DNA from: Zancudomyces culisetae HAW-14-8 | Taxonomy: Eukaryota > Fungi > Kickxellomycota | Length of the DNA: 64,000 nucleotides | NCBI GenBank assembly: GCA_052426225.1 | Contig: JBNJNM010000011.1 | Coordinates: 4,836,001 to 4,900,000, forward strand | Direction: 5' to 3' | Part shown: one piece after another, positions 21,777 through 34,202 of the stretch | How the letters are laid out: each line of letters opens with the position of its first letter | Position numbering within the stretch: the stretch's first letter is position 1 | Translations under genes and position numbers: made by a program | The notes under the pieces: generated by a model | Databases searched by the model: none | Seen by the model: the letters and a program-made list of their open reading frames with translations, nothing else | What the model was told of the DNA's origin: nothing

Positions 21777-24071
21777 TTTTTTTCACCCTTTCACTCTTTC
21801 TTTCCCTTTTTGTTTGCTTGTTTACCTTTGACTTTATTTGCTAGTTTCCTCATACATTTGCGGCTCACGCTTGCAATGACGTTTGCAATAAGTTTTCAGA
21901 TCCTCTTAATTTAACTTTTTTTTATTTCTGTATATGTTTACTGAGCAGCTTTGAAATTCTTGGCTCGCATTTACCTAGTACCTCATTTATTCTATAGCTA
22001 TAACTATCGAACTCCAATTATATTAGTACTCCCAAATCCTGTCATTCAATCTAAATACACTTAATTGCTCTTTATCTATCTTTGATAAAAAAAAAACCAG
22101 TGTAGATTTTTTATCGTTCTGATATTATAAATGTTTATATCCCTATTTCGGATCTATTTGTGTTGCTTTTATAGCTATGTTTGTAGCACTCCAAAAGCTA
22201 GTACACTGGTGGCTAGAATTAAAATTTATAATTCGAAATTAAATGGTCTGATAACTTATTAATAACTTTACTAATATTCCAAAAGCATATATGCACTCTC
22301 TATACACTACTTTATTTCAATTTTGTTTTTTGGTTTAGGTTTAGGTAGTTTTATTTTTTCTTTTGCTTCATAATTGGTGGCAGGTTTTCATTTTAAATTA
22401 TTGACCATTGACTATTCTGCTATTTGCTTTGCTATTTCTGCCCATTCACTAATAAAATGCGAAATATCAAATGCGATTCGAAATTCAATTTAGCTTCATC
22501 TCGTGGTCTACAATCTCCTTTCTTTGAACCCACTCCCCCAAAATTATCCAAATAATGTTATCAAATCTTGAAATTTAATACAAAAAAACAGGACCAGCAG
22601 ATAACCAGAGGCAGTGTATGGTGTTTACAAAGATAAAAATGTGCCTGTGTATGTTTTCAGAGGTCGGGTAAAGAAGAGCAAGAGCTACTTATCTCGCTCT
22701 GTGGATAAGCAGATCCAGACTGGTGGTGAATATCTTTGTTGTAAGTAGGGTGTACCTAAATTCATGCACCACAAGCTGCCGTTTTCCTCTCCCAGGATTG
22801 ATAAAACACAATCATCCCTTTATTTTATTTTATTTTACAACCAAACGCTGCAAACGATAATACTTCCAGTTACATCTTGGTTCTGTTTGCCCTTTTGATA
22901 GGAAAGCGCCTCGGACTGCTGTATCACTTACACGCTTTTCCCCCATTTTCAAAAAATGTTGAAATCAGAAAAAAATAAATAGGTAAATCAGATATCACGC
23001 CTTTTTTTTTTGTTCAACTTTTTTATTCAAGCCTATTAGTGCTCTGTTGTTATAAATTACTAGTAAATAAATAAACAAATGCGGATATTTGAACAAATAA
23101 CCTGTGTGTTCGCGGGACTGATATCGAATAGGATATGGTTTGTATACTCAGGCTTAAAGTTGTCAAATAAACGTGCATTTAAACCAAATGAAGTAAAGTA
23201 CATTTATAATTCGACTATGGAGCCCCGCCAATTCTGCAATTCACGCATAAGAAGCGAACCTAAATGTTAAATGTGTTTCCGCCCTGAAATTTCTCCGCAT
23301 CCATTGGGCAAATAATCCTAATGCCTGTGAAGTCAACAATCGTGCTATGCGTTTTATCTGTTTTTCTGTATTTTATTAAGCTGGCAAAGATAACAACAAA
23401 ATATTCGACTCGATTAAACGTGCCATGCAATCAAGTCATCCACCTTATCCCTGCATCAACTTTTGTTTTCGCTCATTCACACATCTTGATCTGTGTTATA
23501 CGTTGCATAACACAAGCACGTACCGTGTGGGAACACAGGTGTCCTCCTCCTATACCCCTCCCTCATTACATTTTCCTATTCCACACAAATATGTGTACAC
23601 TTTTTTTAATTTTTTTTTACTGTTTTATCTAATTGCAAGCATAGATGAAGTTCTCTTAAATAACGAGCCAAACTTATCCAGTTCAACTTTTGTGATTATC
23701 ACATGACAGCATTTCTTGTTCCATTTTAGCAAATCGGCCAGTTGTAGATGAGTTTGCGAATAATTATAGGCGCCATTGTTGATGATAATCTTGTTTCAGT
23801 GTTGACAGTTTAAACCTATCTGATTTGATTTTGTTTACACCACCTCCCCCTTTTTTTGAAGGCTTTCTGGTACAGATTCTCTGTGTAGATATTCTCCGTT
23901 TAAAACCACATCTCATCCTGTATTAAAGTAAATAAGGTCTATAAAAATAACAAACCGAAAACTTCACCGCTTTGCAAATCCATATACAGTGCTAAGCGAT
24001 TTCAGTCTTTAATATACGGTTTTCATGCTCAATAAATTAATCTTTAATAAAATACGAATTTATATTTGACA

Positions 24072-25312
24072 ATGAGAAGTGCAGCAGAAAACATAAGATA
24101 CAAAACAAACATAATTGTGGATTTTATTCTCGAAAACCTTGCAAAAAACAAACAAAAAGGTTATGTCTCGGGGATAAGTAGAATTGGGGACGGAAATATC
24201 GGCATCGGTCCGAATAAACATAAAAAGGCATTGATTGTCGGGTTTTCGGGTCCACAGGGTTCAGGTATCAATAAATTAAAAATGTATAGTTGAAACTAAC
24301 ATGTCGAGTAATATACCAACTAATCAGCTAACACACTCACTTTGGAATTACAATAGGAAAAACCACTTTGAGCAGTAATGTTGCTAGTACTCTGAATAAA
24401 GAGCATGGTTTAAAGTGCATAGCCTTCTCGTCAGATGATTTGTACCTACCATTCGTAGAGCAACTCAAAGTTGCACAAGTTAATGCTGGAAACAAATTAC
24501 TAGAGTATAGAGGAAATGCTGGTACAGTTGACGCAGCCTTAGGGAGAGAAATATTGCTTAAACTGAAAGGGGAAACAGAAAAACTCGGTGGCGATAATAA
24601 TAGTGGCAACCAAGAAGGTGGCAATTTAATTGAAATTCCAAGATACGATAAAGGGCTTAATCAAGGTAGAGGTGATAGAGCACCAAAAGACCAGTGGATT
24701 AAGGTGGAGACTGGAACCGGAGGAGCTGGTGTGAGTACTGATGTAGATGTGGTTTTGTTTGAGGGATGGAATATGGGCTTCTTGCCTGTGTCTGATTCTG
24801 CCGTGGAAAAAATATTTGCAGATAATCACAAAGCCAAACAGACATCCAAGAATAAAAGTGAAAATAAGCAAGTAAATGAGAATGAAGGTGGAAATGAGGA
24901 TGGGGATGAAACGGCCTCAGAAATTGAAAATCCTTACCACTACACTCTGCAACACAAACTACAAGACATAAAAACAATTAACAACAATTTGAAGCAACAT
25001 CAGCAAAAATGGTACGGGCTCTTTGATTTATTCGTGTATATCAGGACAGACAATCTAAATAATATCTACGAATGGCGAATTGAGCAAGAAAAGCAGTTGC
25101 TAAAACAGAAAGACAGCACGAACCGTGGTGCAATGACGGATGATCAAGTCCAAGAATTTGTAGCGCGCTTCATGCCGTGCTATGAAGTTAACGGTACAGA
25201 GCTGTCGCGCGTGGGTCGTGTTACGGGTCCAGAAAATGCACATCACCCTCCACCAATCCTGACACTGGTTTTTGACAAGTTTAGAGACCTAGTTGCGTCA
25301 AGTACCGCATAG
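24072..25312 (+). CDS. P-loop kinase of the TDA10/D-glycerate 3-kinase-like family; exons 24072-24264 and 24357-25312
   Basis: Intron 24265-24356 restores GFSGPQGSGKTT; SSDDLYL, LLEYRGNAGT.D, PRYDK...GRGDR, LFEGW, WRIEQE, MTDDQV..FV..FMP.Y. Confidence 0.9.
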
Positions 25313-26216
25313 AATATTCGAAACACACAAACGTGGCTGCATTTGCTGGTGCCGCCCTAAGAAGGCATGGCACAAGCCCTCTATATAACCCGCGTATTCC
25401 CTCAGTCTGCAGAGAGCTTCTCAAACATGCCATGGTTGAGCTGTACTTCCTGTCCTTTCCTTGCACGAATCCGTCTGTTTGCAATTTACTCTTGATTGCA
25501 TCAACCGGATACAATAGCAACCACAAGGCATATCCGGCACATGACCCAAAGGCACTGAGCTCAAGGGTTGACAACTTGTCTCTACCTGATAATCCCTTTT
25601 GCTTGATTTGTCTCTGTACCAAATATTCATATGTCGCAAAATAAACTCCATACCCGAAAAATTCTCTGTACATTGTTGCAACTTGCCCCTTGTACACACC
25701 CTTTAGTCCATGTTCGCTGTATATTTTCCTAACACAGTCAAGAGTTCCCTTGTACTTTGATTCTCCTTCGGCAGCAGCTGTTTGTACTTGCATCCGAACC
25801 CTGATGTGCTCCACTGGTCCTGAAACCACACTGTTTAGCATACCTGCTGTGGCACCTGCAATAAACAGCTGCGAGACGCTAAGCTCATCTGGCTTATTTT
25901 TCCTTCGGTTTTGTTCATAGAAGCGCCGCTTCATCGCTTCAAGTCCAAAAAACTGGATCGAAACACATAACCCTACTCCCATCAGTGGACTCATTGTACC
26001 CTTGTATAGACCTAGAAGCCCGTCATTTTTTACGGTCTTTTTCAGACAGTCCAGTGGCCCCTTGTACATGTCACTTTGTGTCTGTAATCGAACCTTTATT
26101 GTGTCAAAGGGTTGACCTGCCAAAACCTGACCTATTCCACCTATCCATCCTGCAGCCAAATCTAGTGCAACCTGATTCCCGCCCGAACTCGCTTTCTTTT
26201 TGTCTGTGGCTTCCAT
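25281..26216 (-). CDS. Mitochondrial carrier (SLC25), YMC1/YMC2- or carnitine-carrier-like
   Basis: Three PX[DE]XX[KR] motifs (PFDTIKVRLQ, PVEHIRVRMQ, PVDAIKSKLQ); LLRAAPANAATF; first ATG at 26216. Confidence 0.95.
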   Translation of the reverse strand: MEATDKKKASSGGNQVALDLAAGWIGGIGQVLAGQPFDTIKVRLQTQSDMYKGPLDCLKKTVKNDGLLGLYKGTMSPLMGVGLCVSIQFFGLEAMKRRFYEQNRRKNKPDELSVSQLFIAGATAGMLNSVVSGPVEHIRVRMQVQTAAAEGESKYKGTLDCVRKIYSEHGLKGVYKGQVATMYREFFGYGVYFATYEYLVQRQIKQKGLSGRDKLSTLELSAFGSCAGYALWLLLYPVDAIKSKLQTDGFVQGKDRKYSSTMACLRSSLQTEGIRGLYRGLVPCLLRAAPANAATFVCFEYSMRYLTQLGL

Positions 26217-26820
26217 TACAGTCCTGTTCAAAATATTCTCTTTTTTTAGATGTTACCTGGATTTAAAGTTGAAAGAATGGGAAATATGTAATGAGACAAG
26301 GCGGAGTAATATATATTTACCTCCTTTGTTGTGTTTTTCTTTTTGGAGTTATCAAAACGTTTCCCCTATTTGTTGAAAAAATTGGTTTTTGTTTTTTTTT
26401 TCACCTGGTGGAAAAGAAGCCCGCCTTTGTGTTGCAAAATTTTCGTTTCCACTCTTTAAAAAGGCCTAAGACAAACATCAATTTATAATTTGTATCTGGG
26501 CAACTTTTTACAAAAGCATAGATTAAAACTCCACATTGATTTGTACATTTGCACTATTTTCAAACTGCTCTTGCGGTTTGAAACACCCCAAGGTAGCCCT
26601 GTATACAGCACGTGTGGGCTTTAAATTTTCAAATAGAGCAAAACGTACTGACCAGTGCACTAAAAGGGAGAATCTACCCTAAATTGGAGCAATAATGATT
26701 AAAGACGCAACTATGAGTTTTGTCTATGTGGTACATATTTCTTTTTTATTTTATTTATCGATATAAAGTAGTAGAAACTAAGATTCTTTATGAGCAAGCA
26801 TAGCAAAACCACTATTTCCT

Positions 26821-28626
26821 TCAACTTAAGCTGCCAACACCCTCAGTATTGACAGTGTTATCGATGCTGTCTTCGTTTAGCGGAATAGCTATGACCACAA
26901 TATACTTGGTCTTATAATTAATTTGAATTCCTCCACTCTCCAGGATTTTCTTGCTCTCATCAATAATGTATGATACAATATCCTTCTGCTGAAGGATATC
27001 GTCATTATTGTCATCTGATACTATTTGAAATACGGGAACGAGTACGTTTTCATTACTATCGTTGAGGTTGGAATCAGAGAAATCAGAGGAGCCAGAAGAT
27101 GATTGGGGATTTTCTGTAGAAACTGATAGCTTATCGTCGTCACTAGAGCCTGATAAGCCGGTGTTAATAGCAACATCCAATATTACCTTGATAATCTTAT
27201 CAATGGTTGATTTTTTTATGTTTGTTTCAGTACGCTGTGAAGCTCCAAGACCATTGGTATTAGCATTACTGTTAGTAGCGTAGAAGGTATTGGACTCTTC
27301 ACTAGCCTCGGAATTTGTAGCTGCTTCGTTTAGCAACGACAAGTTTTTTTTTATAAACGCAATGACATCGTCCGCTATTTTACTTAAATCGAGCTCTATA
27401 ACAGTACCATCCGGTGCGATGGGTTCTGGAGAAGAATTTCTGTTTTCTGTACCAGTTGATTCGGATAGCATGCTAGCACCAGATGTAGATAAACGTGTAG
27501 ATTGGTCCGCTAAGGGCGTCTTGTGTAGCGGTTGAATGTTTAGACCACCTGGTGTTGTACCTGATAAATTCTGTAACACGGGTAAAGTAGATACAGCTGG
27601 TGAGCTCTGTGTAGCTATTGGCATGAGTTGTGAGGGTTGTGAGGGCTGTGAGGGTTGTGCATATGGCAGTGATGCTTGAGTAATGGTGTTGATCCTGGGC
27701 TCGACAGTTGGTTTTTCGTTATTTTTCAACATATCTTCTATTAGCTGAGTGAGAAAAAATATAGCACTATTGGCTCCACTTGGGTTGAATTGGCTATTTA
27801 GATTTTGACTTGAAGAAGTAGTAGGTGTTGGGGTCCGCGGATCATCAGAGCCAACCAGCCTCCCTGTTTGTACTGGGTTTTGAGGTATCAAATCATTAAT
27901 ATTCATACCTGGAGTGACGCTAGCTAACTTCAATAGCAGCGACATTGGCGTTTCTTCAACATTTACGCCAGATGTGGAATCAGCTCTTAGACTCTCGTTA
28001 GGTACTGCTGAAAGTGCACCGCTGCTGGGTAACGATTCCATAGGTTGTGTGCTGGCTTTCATGGGAATTTTTGTGGTTTCCAATGTATTTTTTACTGCTT
28101 CAAGTATGCTTGATAGTATACCCTCTAGAACGTATAGCAATATACCGGTCATTTGATTGTTTGAGACTTCATTAGCTGTGTTTGTTTGTGTAGTTAATGT
28201 TATATCATTGTTGTTTTTTTTCTGAGTGAGTTCTTCCAGCAGCTTTGACTGGGTTTGTTGTTGGGATGAATCCATCACAGTGGATATACCAGGCTTTTCA
28301 AGAACAGTTGTAGTGGGCGTAGCCGATAGGCTTGTAGGGTTTGCACTGTTTACATTTACTCTTTGTAAATCTTGAATGACTGGTTCCAGTAGATGAAGTA
28401 CGTTATTTGATGCAGGATATGTCGCATCTTCAGGTTGCGCGACTACTTGATTTGGGGACGGAATTATATTAGACCCACTTTGCAAGTCTGCTTGTGGCTT
28501 CACCACTGCATTTACAACTGTTCCTGCATCGCTTGAAATTATTTCAACCTGACCTTTTGAAATTTGCACGTTGTTCTGTGAAAACACGCTTAAAGCTAGA
28601 AAGGCACTCACTGCTATACTTTTCAT
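26821..28626 (-). CDS. Secreted low-complexity S/T/Q/N/P-rich protein with interspersed amphipathic helices, function unknown
   Basis: About 600-codon ORF; signal peptide MKSIAVSAFLALSVFS from ATG 28626; TATATAAAG about 100 bp upstream. Confidence 0.75.
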   Translation of the reverse strand: MKSIAVSAFLALSVFSQNNVQISKGQVEIISSDAGTVVNAVVKPQADLQSGSNIIPSPNQVVAQPEDATYPASNNVLHLLEPVIQDLQRVNVNSANPTSLSATPTTTVLEKPGISTVMDSSQQQTQSKLLEELTQKKNNNDITLTTQTNTANEVSNNQMTGILLYVLEGILSSILEAVKNTLETTKIPMKASTQPMESLPSSGALSAVPNESLRADSTSGVNVEETPMSLLLKLASVTPGMNINDLIPQNPVQTGRLVGSDDPRTPTPTTSSSQNLNSQFNPSGANSAIFFLTQLIEDMLKNNEKPTVEPRINTITQASLPYAQPSQPSQPSQLMPIATQSSPAVSTLPVLQNLSGTTPGGLNIQPLHKTPLADQSTRLSTSGASMLSESTGTENRNSSPEPIAPDGTVIELDLSKIADDVIAFIKKNLSLLNEAATNSEASEESNTFYATNSNANTNGLGASQRTETNIKKSTIDKIIKVILDVAINTGLSGSSDDDKLSVSTENPQSSSGSSDFSDSNLNDSNENVLVPVFQIVSDDNNDDILQQKDIVSYIIDESKKILESGGIQINYKTKYIVVIAIPLNEDSIDNTVNTEGVGSLS

Positions 28627-30404
28627 ACTTAAACTATATTTAGAGCACAATATGTATTATTGAATAGAAAAGAGGGGATAGTTCGGTCTTTGTCTACTTT
28701 ATGTTGGGTGAAAACTGACTTCTTTATATAGGGTTTTGTTGGTTTGTTAAATAATATACATATTAATCTTTTAACGTTCCCTTAGAATATGCGTGTAAGT
28801 TTGAGCATGTATATAAAGCTTTAGTTATAATTAACACTTCACACCAACGAAAACAAGAAATGAGTAGCGTGTATTTACCCATCGGGTGAAGGGGGGGGGG
28901 GTATATTTTGCCATCAAAGAGGCAATAGTCATAATATTGTGGGTTTTTCATTTAATGTACACGCACGTATATCCTGTTATGAGCTCCTGATATACTAAAA
29001 CATGTACTTTTACTCACAGTATATTAACTTGTTTTTGCCTGCATCATTTTCGAAATAATTTCTCATGAGACGCAGAGTTTAATATTCCCTGCAAACTACA
29101 TTTTCTACAAAAAAAAATAGGGTGTGGAATAGTACACGTGTAAGCTGATAGAACCAAAGTATTACTTTTTTTATTTTGGGTGGTCGTGTTATATTACAAT
29201 TAAAAAATATCAAACGAAACCCTCTTATATTTCTTCATACTCCAAATATTTTTTTTAGCTGACCCATAGCACTACACTACTTGCCATCTGCTATTAGGAT
29301 GGACTTACTAGTTGTGCATTGGTGGTAATAAATAAATTGCTACACAAGAAACACGTTTAAACTCCGACTCAATAACAGGACAAATTTGTTCCAAATTCAA
29401 AGTATGTATTCGGTGGATCTAAATAATGCATGTTTTCATCATTACTTATAGGCAGAAGATGTAAATGACGAGGGCCCAACATAATTACCCACCCATCTCC
29501 ACTCTGGGTTGCAGAATGCTTTCAAAGTGAGCCCAAATCAGCGCTTACAAATATTTCTTCGTTTGGCAAAGCTACCCTAGATTCAGATGTTAGAGCAAAA
29601 AAAAAGTTTATATGCTTGGTGTTAAAAGGGACATATCAGATATCAGATATTGGTATCTGTTTTACAGGGGAAAAAGCAAAAGAAGTTATGAAAAGACGGT
29701 ATTAATGGTTCTGATTGTAACTTTTATTTTTAACACTTTAGTACCAAAGGTTTTGAAATTATGCTTGCTATATTTATCTCTGTTCGTGTTACAACCGACA
29801 CTCTTTAATATATCCAAAAGCGACTATCATATATACAAATTAATCGCCCCAAACCACAGTTTAAGCATGTATCTGATGGTCCCTTTAATTCACATAATCG
29901 CTGATACAGGTCACAGCATATTACTGTTTTCGAATTTTCAAAAACCATATGATCTAGTTGTAAATGCATTTGCGAAGCCAGTACAACCCCTCTCCTCACG
30001 CATGTAAACGTTGGATCTAAGTATATTGGCTGTGTAAGTGCGCTAATTTTTTTTTTTTTTTTGGCTGAAGATCCAAAATTTGAAAATCAATGGAGTATGT
30101 AAATCCAAGGGAAAAAATATTCACATGGCGTTTGATAGGCTGTTTTACGACCCCTACTCTCTAACATTTAGTAGCTCGCTATCTTGGGACCATAATGCTC
30201 CTGAAAGAAATACAAAATAGTACCCATAAAACAGGCAACATTTATCTTTCAAACAATTTCGGTATTTTTTCTCCACATTCGTGATACGTATGAAGAATGG
30301 TTACATTTACTTTATGAAACCTCTGTCTTGATTTTAGGGGGACAAGAAAAAAAAAAGAAAATCGATAATGGCTTGAAGTGTGATACAAAAGTCAATCTTT
30401 ACAC

Positions 30405-30433
30405 TTGATACCATTGATACCATTGATACCATT
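30405..30433. repeat. TTGATACCA x3 microrepeat
   Basis: Directly visible. Confidence 0.8.
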
Positions 30434-30560
30434 TTTTTTTGCCAAAGTGTGTCAGTATCATCTCTTGAAGCAACATTTTTTGCTATTTTGCATTTCTAAC
30501 GTGTAGATCGCTTCGATATTGAATTTAAGCGTCAAAACCATACTCGACTATTCCGGCGGA

Positions 30561-30620
30561 CCATACCATACAATACCATATCATACCACATCATACCATA
30601 TTATATTAAATCATATCACG
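30561..30620. repeat. Degenerate (CCATA)n pentamer microsatellite
   Basis: ccataccatacaataccatatcataccacatcataccata. Confidence 0.8.
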
Positions 30621-33600
30621 CACTTTTTTCATTATTTCGTTCCCCCCCCAATAACTGGCTAAAAAAGGATGTTATAGGTTGTATTTGTAGGGAGGGGGTG
30701 TAAGTAAGTTTACTTGAATACTCTTAAGATTTGATCATCAGGGTTGTAGTTATTTTTGGTGCAGGAGTAGTAAAGTGTGACTCTCATAAATAAATAGATG
30801 AGGTTCTAGAAAAATAGTCAATGGTTTATTGATATTTCGACAGCACTGGTAAGCGAGTTGGATATGTGCGCCTTTGATGTTAAAAGCCTAAGGGTTTAGT
30901 ATGAGTGGTTTTGGAAAGGTACTTTTGCTGCTATTTCAGCCTCTAATGTGCTCAATATAAAATAACCATTGTAGATAGGATTAGCAAATTATGAGCTAGT
31001 TGTTCAAAAAAGTAGTATTCGGAATAGTTTGGTAAATATTTTCAACTGATACCAACAATCAAATCGTCTAAAATTATCAAATTAATTGATGTTAATTAAA
31101 AGACTATTAAAAATGCGAGTAGCGGAAAAAATGGTTTTATACTACCTAGGTTGGGGGGGGGGGGGTTTAGCGAGATATTCCAATTGGTTTACTGAAACCA
31201 AGTAATTTTTGTGCAGAAAATGGTTTAATTGAACAGCGCTTTATAAAGCAAGTTGAGTTTTGTTAATTTTCATAAATTACACAGGTTCTAATTAGTGGGG
31301 ACGTGACACCAATAGATTTTTTTTGAAAATAGAATAGTATAGCCATAACGGTCTTTTCATTTGTGTCTAATATTAATATGTAATTTAGAATTTTTGATGA
31401 TGTGGAGATATTTATTATAATTAATTAGAACCTCCTCTATTATTTTTATTCAAGGAGTTAAGGATACATATGGTTTCACGTCCGCACTAGAAGCAACCAC
31501 GAACACATCCCCAAACGGATATATTTCGATGAAACTAGAGTATATGCTTATGGTTGTTGATTCATAAGTGTAAAGGGGATTAGTTCTCATTCTTTTTCAA
31601 AAATACTCGAGTGAGGATTTTTTGGACCAAGCGAATACAGCTCTAAGCTTTACACGCAAACGCTGGATATTTTTTTATTAACTCAAGCACCATGCTGAAG
31701 ACTGAAGGCAGACAGTGCGTTCTTAAGTGCGAATATACTAGGTGTGTGTACGCACGGATTGTACACTGGCACAAAGCATAAATTGTAGATCCAAATGCTT
31801 TTATCAAGTAAAAGGTAGAGCATAGCTATCTCCCTTCCACATAATTTTTTTAATGAAATTTTGTTGTGGTACAAATTTCCAAAAATATATATATAAATTA
31901 ATCCTAAAAGGGAAAGATTTGTTCAAAAAACTCGAAATTCATCAATAAATTAAATGCCAGAAAAATCATTTTTATATTTATTTTTTGGTTACATGACCAT
32001 TTTATTCTCTAACCTGAAAAGCCGCATTTGCGATAAAACCTAACAAACACTAAAAGCGAAAAAAACAAACTTGATAACTTTTATAGATTACAATTTACAC
32101 TGGAAAATAAAGTAAGATTTGGACGCATATGTGAATTTTTCCCTAGTACACGTCAGTTGTTTTTAACTACGAATAACGTTTAGCCAAAAGTTAGCATCTC
32201 TCCATTTCAATGCTGTCATGAGGATAGCAAGAGAATCAAAAGTGCAGGAAGCATTCCTTTAAGGCAGCCACGTAGTAACAGAAAAGGATACTGATTAAAT
32301 TCTATTTATATCTAAATTCATTGGTAGCGACCTTGGTAATACTTATTTTACACTAAAATAAAAGGGGGGATGCCTTTTATCTGGAAAAAATGTTTCGCAA
32401 GTAAAAAGTACACTGGATATCCAAATCATGTACAAGAGCATCTATTGTTACTTTGTACTACATAGGATACACAATTCCAACAACATTAATTAACCACATT
32501 TATCCAAAAAATCGATAACTGTTATTATTCTTCTTATACATGTAACCTAGTTGTGCTTTAAAGCCTAAGTCCTTTATACGTAAAAGGTAGTATTGACTGA
32601 CAATAATAAATGGTATAGTGCTTTAGGAAATATTGAGCTCTATAACTACCTAGTGTGCAAGATAGCGGAGGTGCATCATAGCGAACCTTTCTTTTTTTTA
32701 AAAAAAAACGACGCTTGCAACTGGTAGTTAATGGTTTTAGCTGTGGGTGATATCGGAAAGTCATGCAAGTGTTAATTTAAGTGCTGCCTTTTGGTATGAT
32801 TCGCTGAATTGAAAGATGCGCCGTTCTTGTAACGTTGATGTCAAAGTACGCCGCGGTTCGGCAGTTCAATGGTTTCAATATATTTATATACTTTTTTTTG
32901 TTTGGCATTAGAATGAATGTGGTATACCTATGCGCGGATGGAAGATAAAAAATGATAAACGCCCAGAAAGATTCCTTATTAGCCTTTTTATTATATCCCT
33001 GTTTCTACAAGCTAGCGCGTTATGTTTTGCAAAAGTACTCAACTAAAAAAAAAACAACTTGCAAGATCTGAAACTGAAACATGAAACCTCCTGGGTGATT
33101 TCGAGTGAGTAACACTACAAATTGTTGTAAACATATCCACAAGTAAAATAGAGAAAGATGCAATGTTTACTTCTGCATAACTACCAAAAAAACCACATTA
33201 ACCGGTGCAAAAGGTTATATAAAAAGCATACTCATTATGGATCTTATAGTTCGATAAAGGTATTCACTTAAGCTGCCTCCAGTCAAGCGCCAGCTCTATA
33301 CTGTGATCATTTTACATAAAGTCGAATAAAAAGAGGGGGGACAGCGGTCTATTACACTTGAAAGCCTTTGTATTTATAGAAAAGACATCACGCAAAGTAC
33401 AAATTTGCTTTCTTTAAAAAAGAAAAAAAGGTAGCCGAGTAACCAAGTGTTAGGTATTCAGCCCACAATTTATAACCATTTTATATGCTTTGGGGGGGGG
33501 GGGGGGTTGAGGGGGAACTACTGGTTCTAAATTTCAATTAATAGGGAGTAAAAGTGTTTAAAATGGTATATATATTTATTACTAGGTGCTGCTGCTGAGT

Positions 33601-33809
33601 TTCCACTATATATCTGTACAGAGCTTATGATGCATTTGTTTAAATCCACCAAGTAAAAAATAATGTCTACACTAATGAGATGGGTAGCATTCAAGGAAGA
33701 AAAGTACGTTTTGCAAGTGCTGTGTTAGGCTGAGTTGTACCTCTGAGTAAAGAATCTTTGCTTCCGTCTGGGGTATACTGTAGCTCTTTAGAAACCCTTC
33801 AAAAATAGC

Positions 33810-34202
33810 TGAGTCAGGTATTTAATTAAAAGTTGGTATCTATAATAGCAAAGTCAAAAATGAGCAATAAAAACAGCAATGTATTTGATTTGTAACTGCC
33901 AGGACAATAAACAATATGTCATGTGTTAGAACTTTTTTTTTTTTTGGAAAAGACTGGTTTCTAGATTACCAGTAAGCCCTTACTAAAAATATATCCACAA
34001 AGCCCATCCTCCTCATACCTTTTTTTGAAGAACAATGTGACTCATGGACAATAAACTAGACTTCGGAAAAAATGGTACAAACCAGACAAAGTCAGGGTCG
34101 GAAATACTCCAGACTTCAAGCGAATGACCTTGGGTTCTCTCGGGTTTGGTTTTGAAGAATAACTCTCTCACCAACACTGCGATTGATGTGGTGATGACTC
34201 AT
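33810..34202. promoter_or_regulatory. Cluster of three AP-1/Gcn4-type sites
   Basis: TGAGTCA at 33810, TGACTCA at 34038, ATGACTCAT at 34194; TATATAAAA at about 34315. Confidence 0.4.

Noticed and set aside
29502-29535. Superficial similarity to the tRNA-Sec anticodon region (TCTGGGTTGCAG...TTCAAA)
   Set aside because: No acceptor stem, T-arm or proper anticodon stem can be formed
29612-30007. 131-aa ORF in the gene-free region
   Set aside because: No motif, composition like AT-rich intergenic DNA; likely spurious
34091-34114. SRP RNA helix-8-like CAGGGTCGGAAA
   Set aside because: Lacks the AGCAG strand and the surrounding long hairpin
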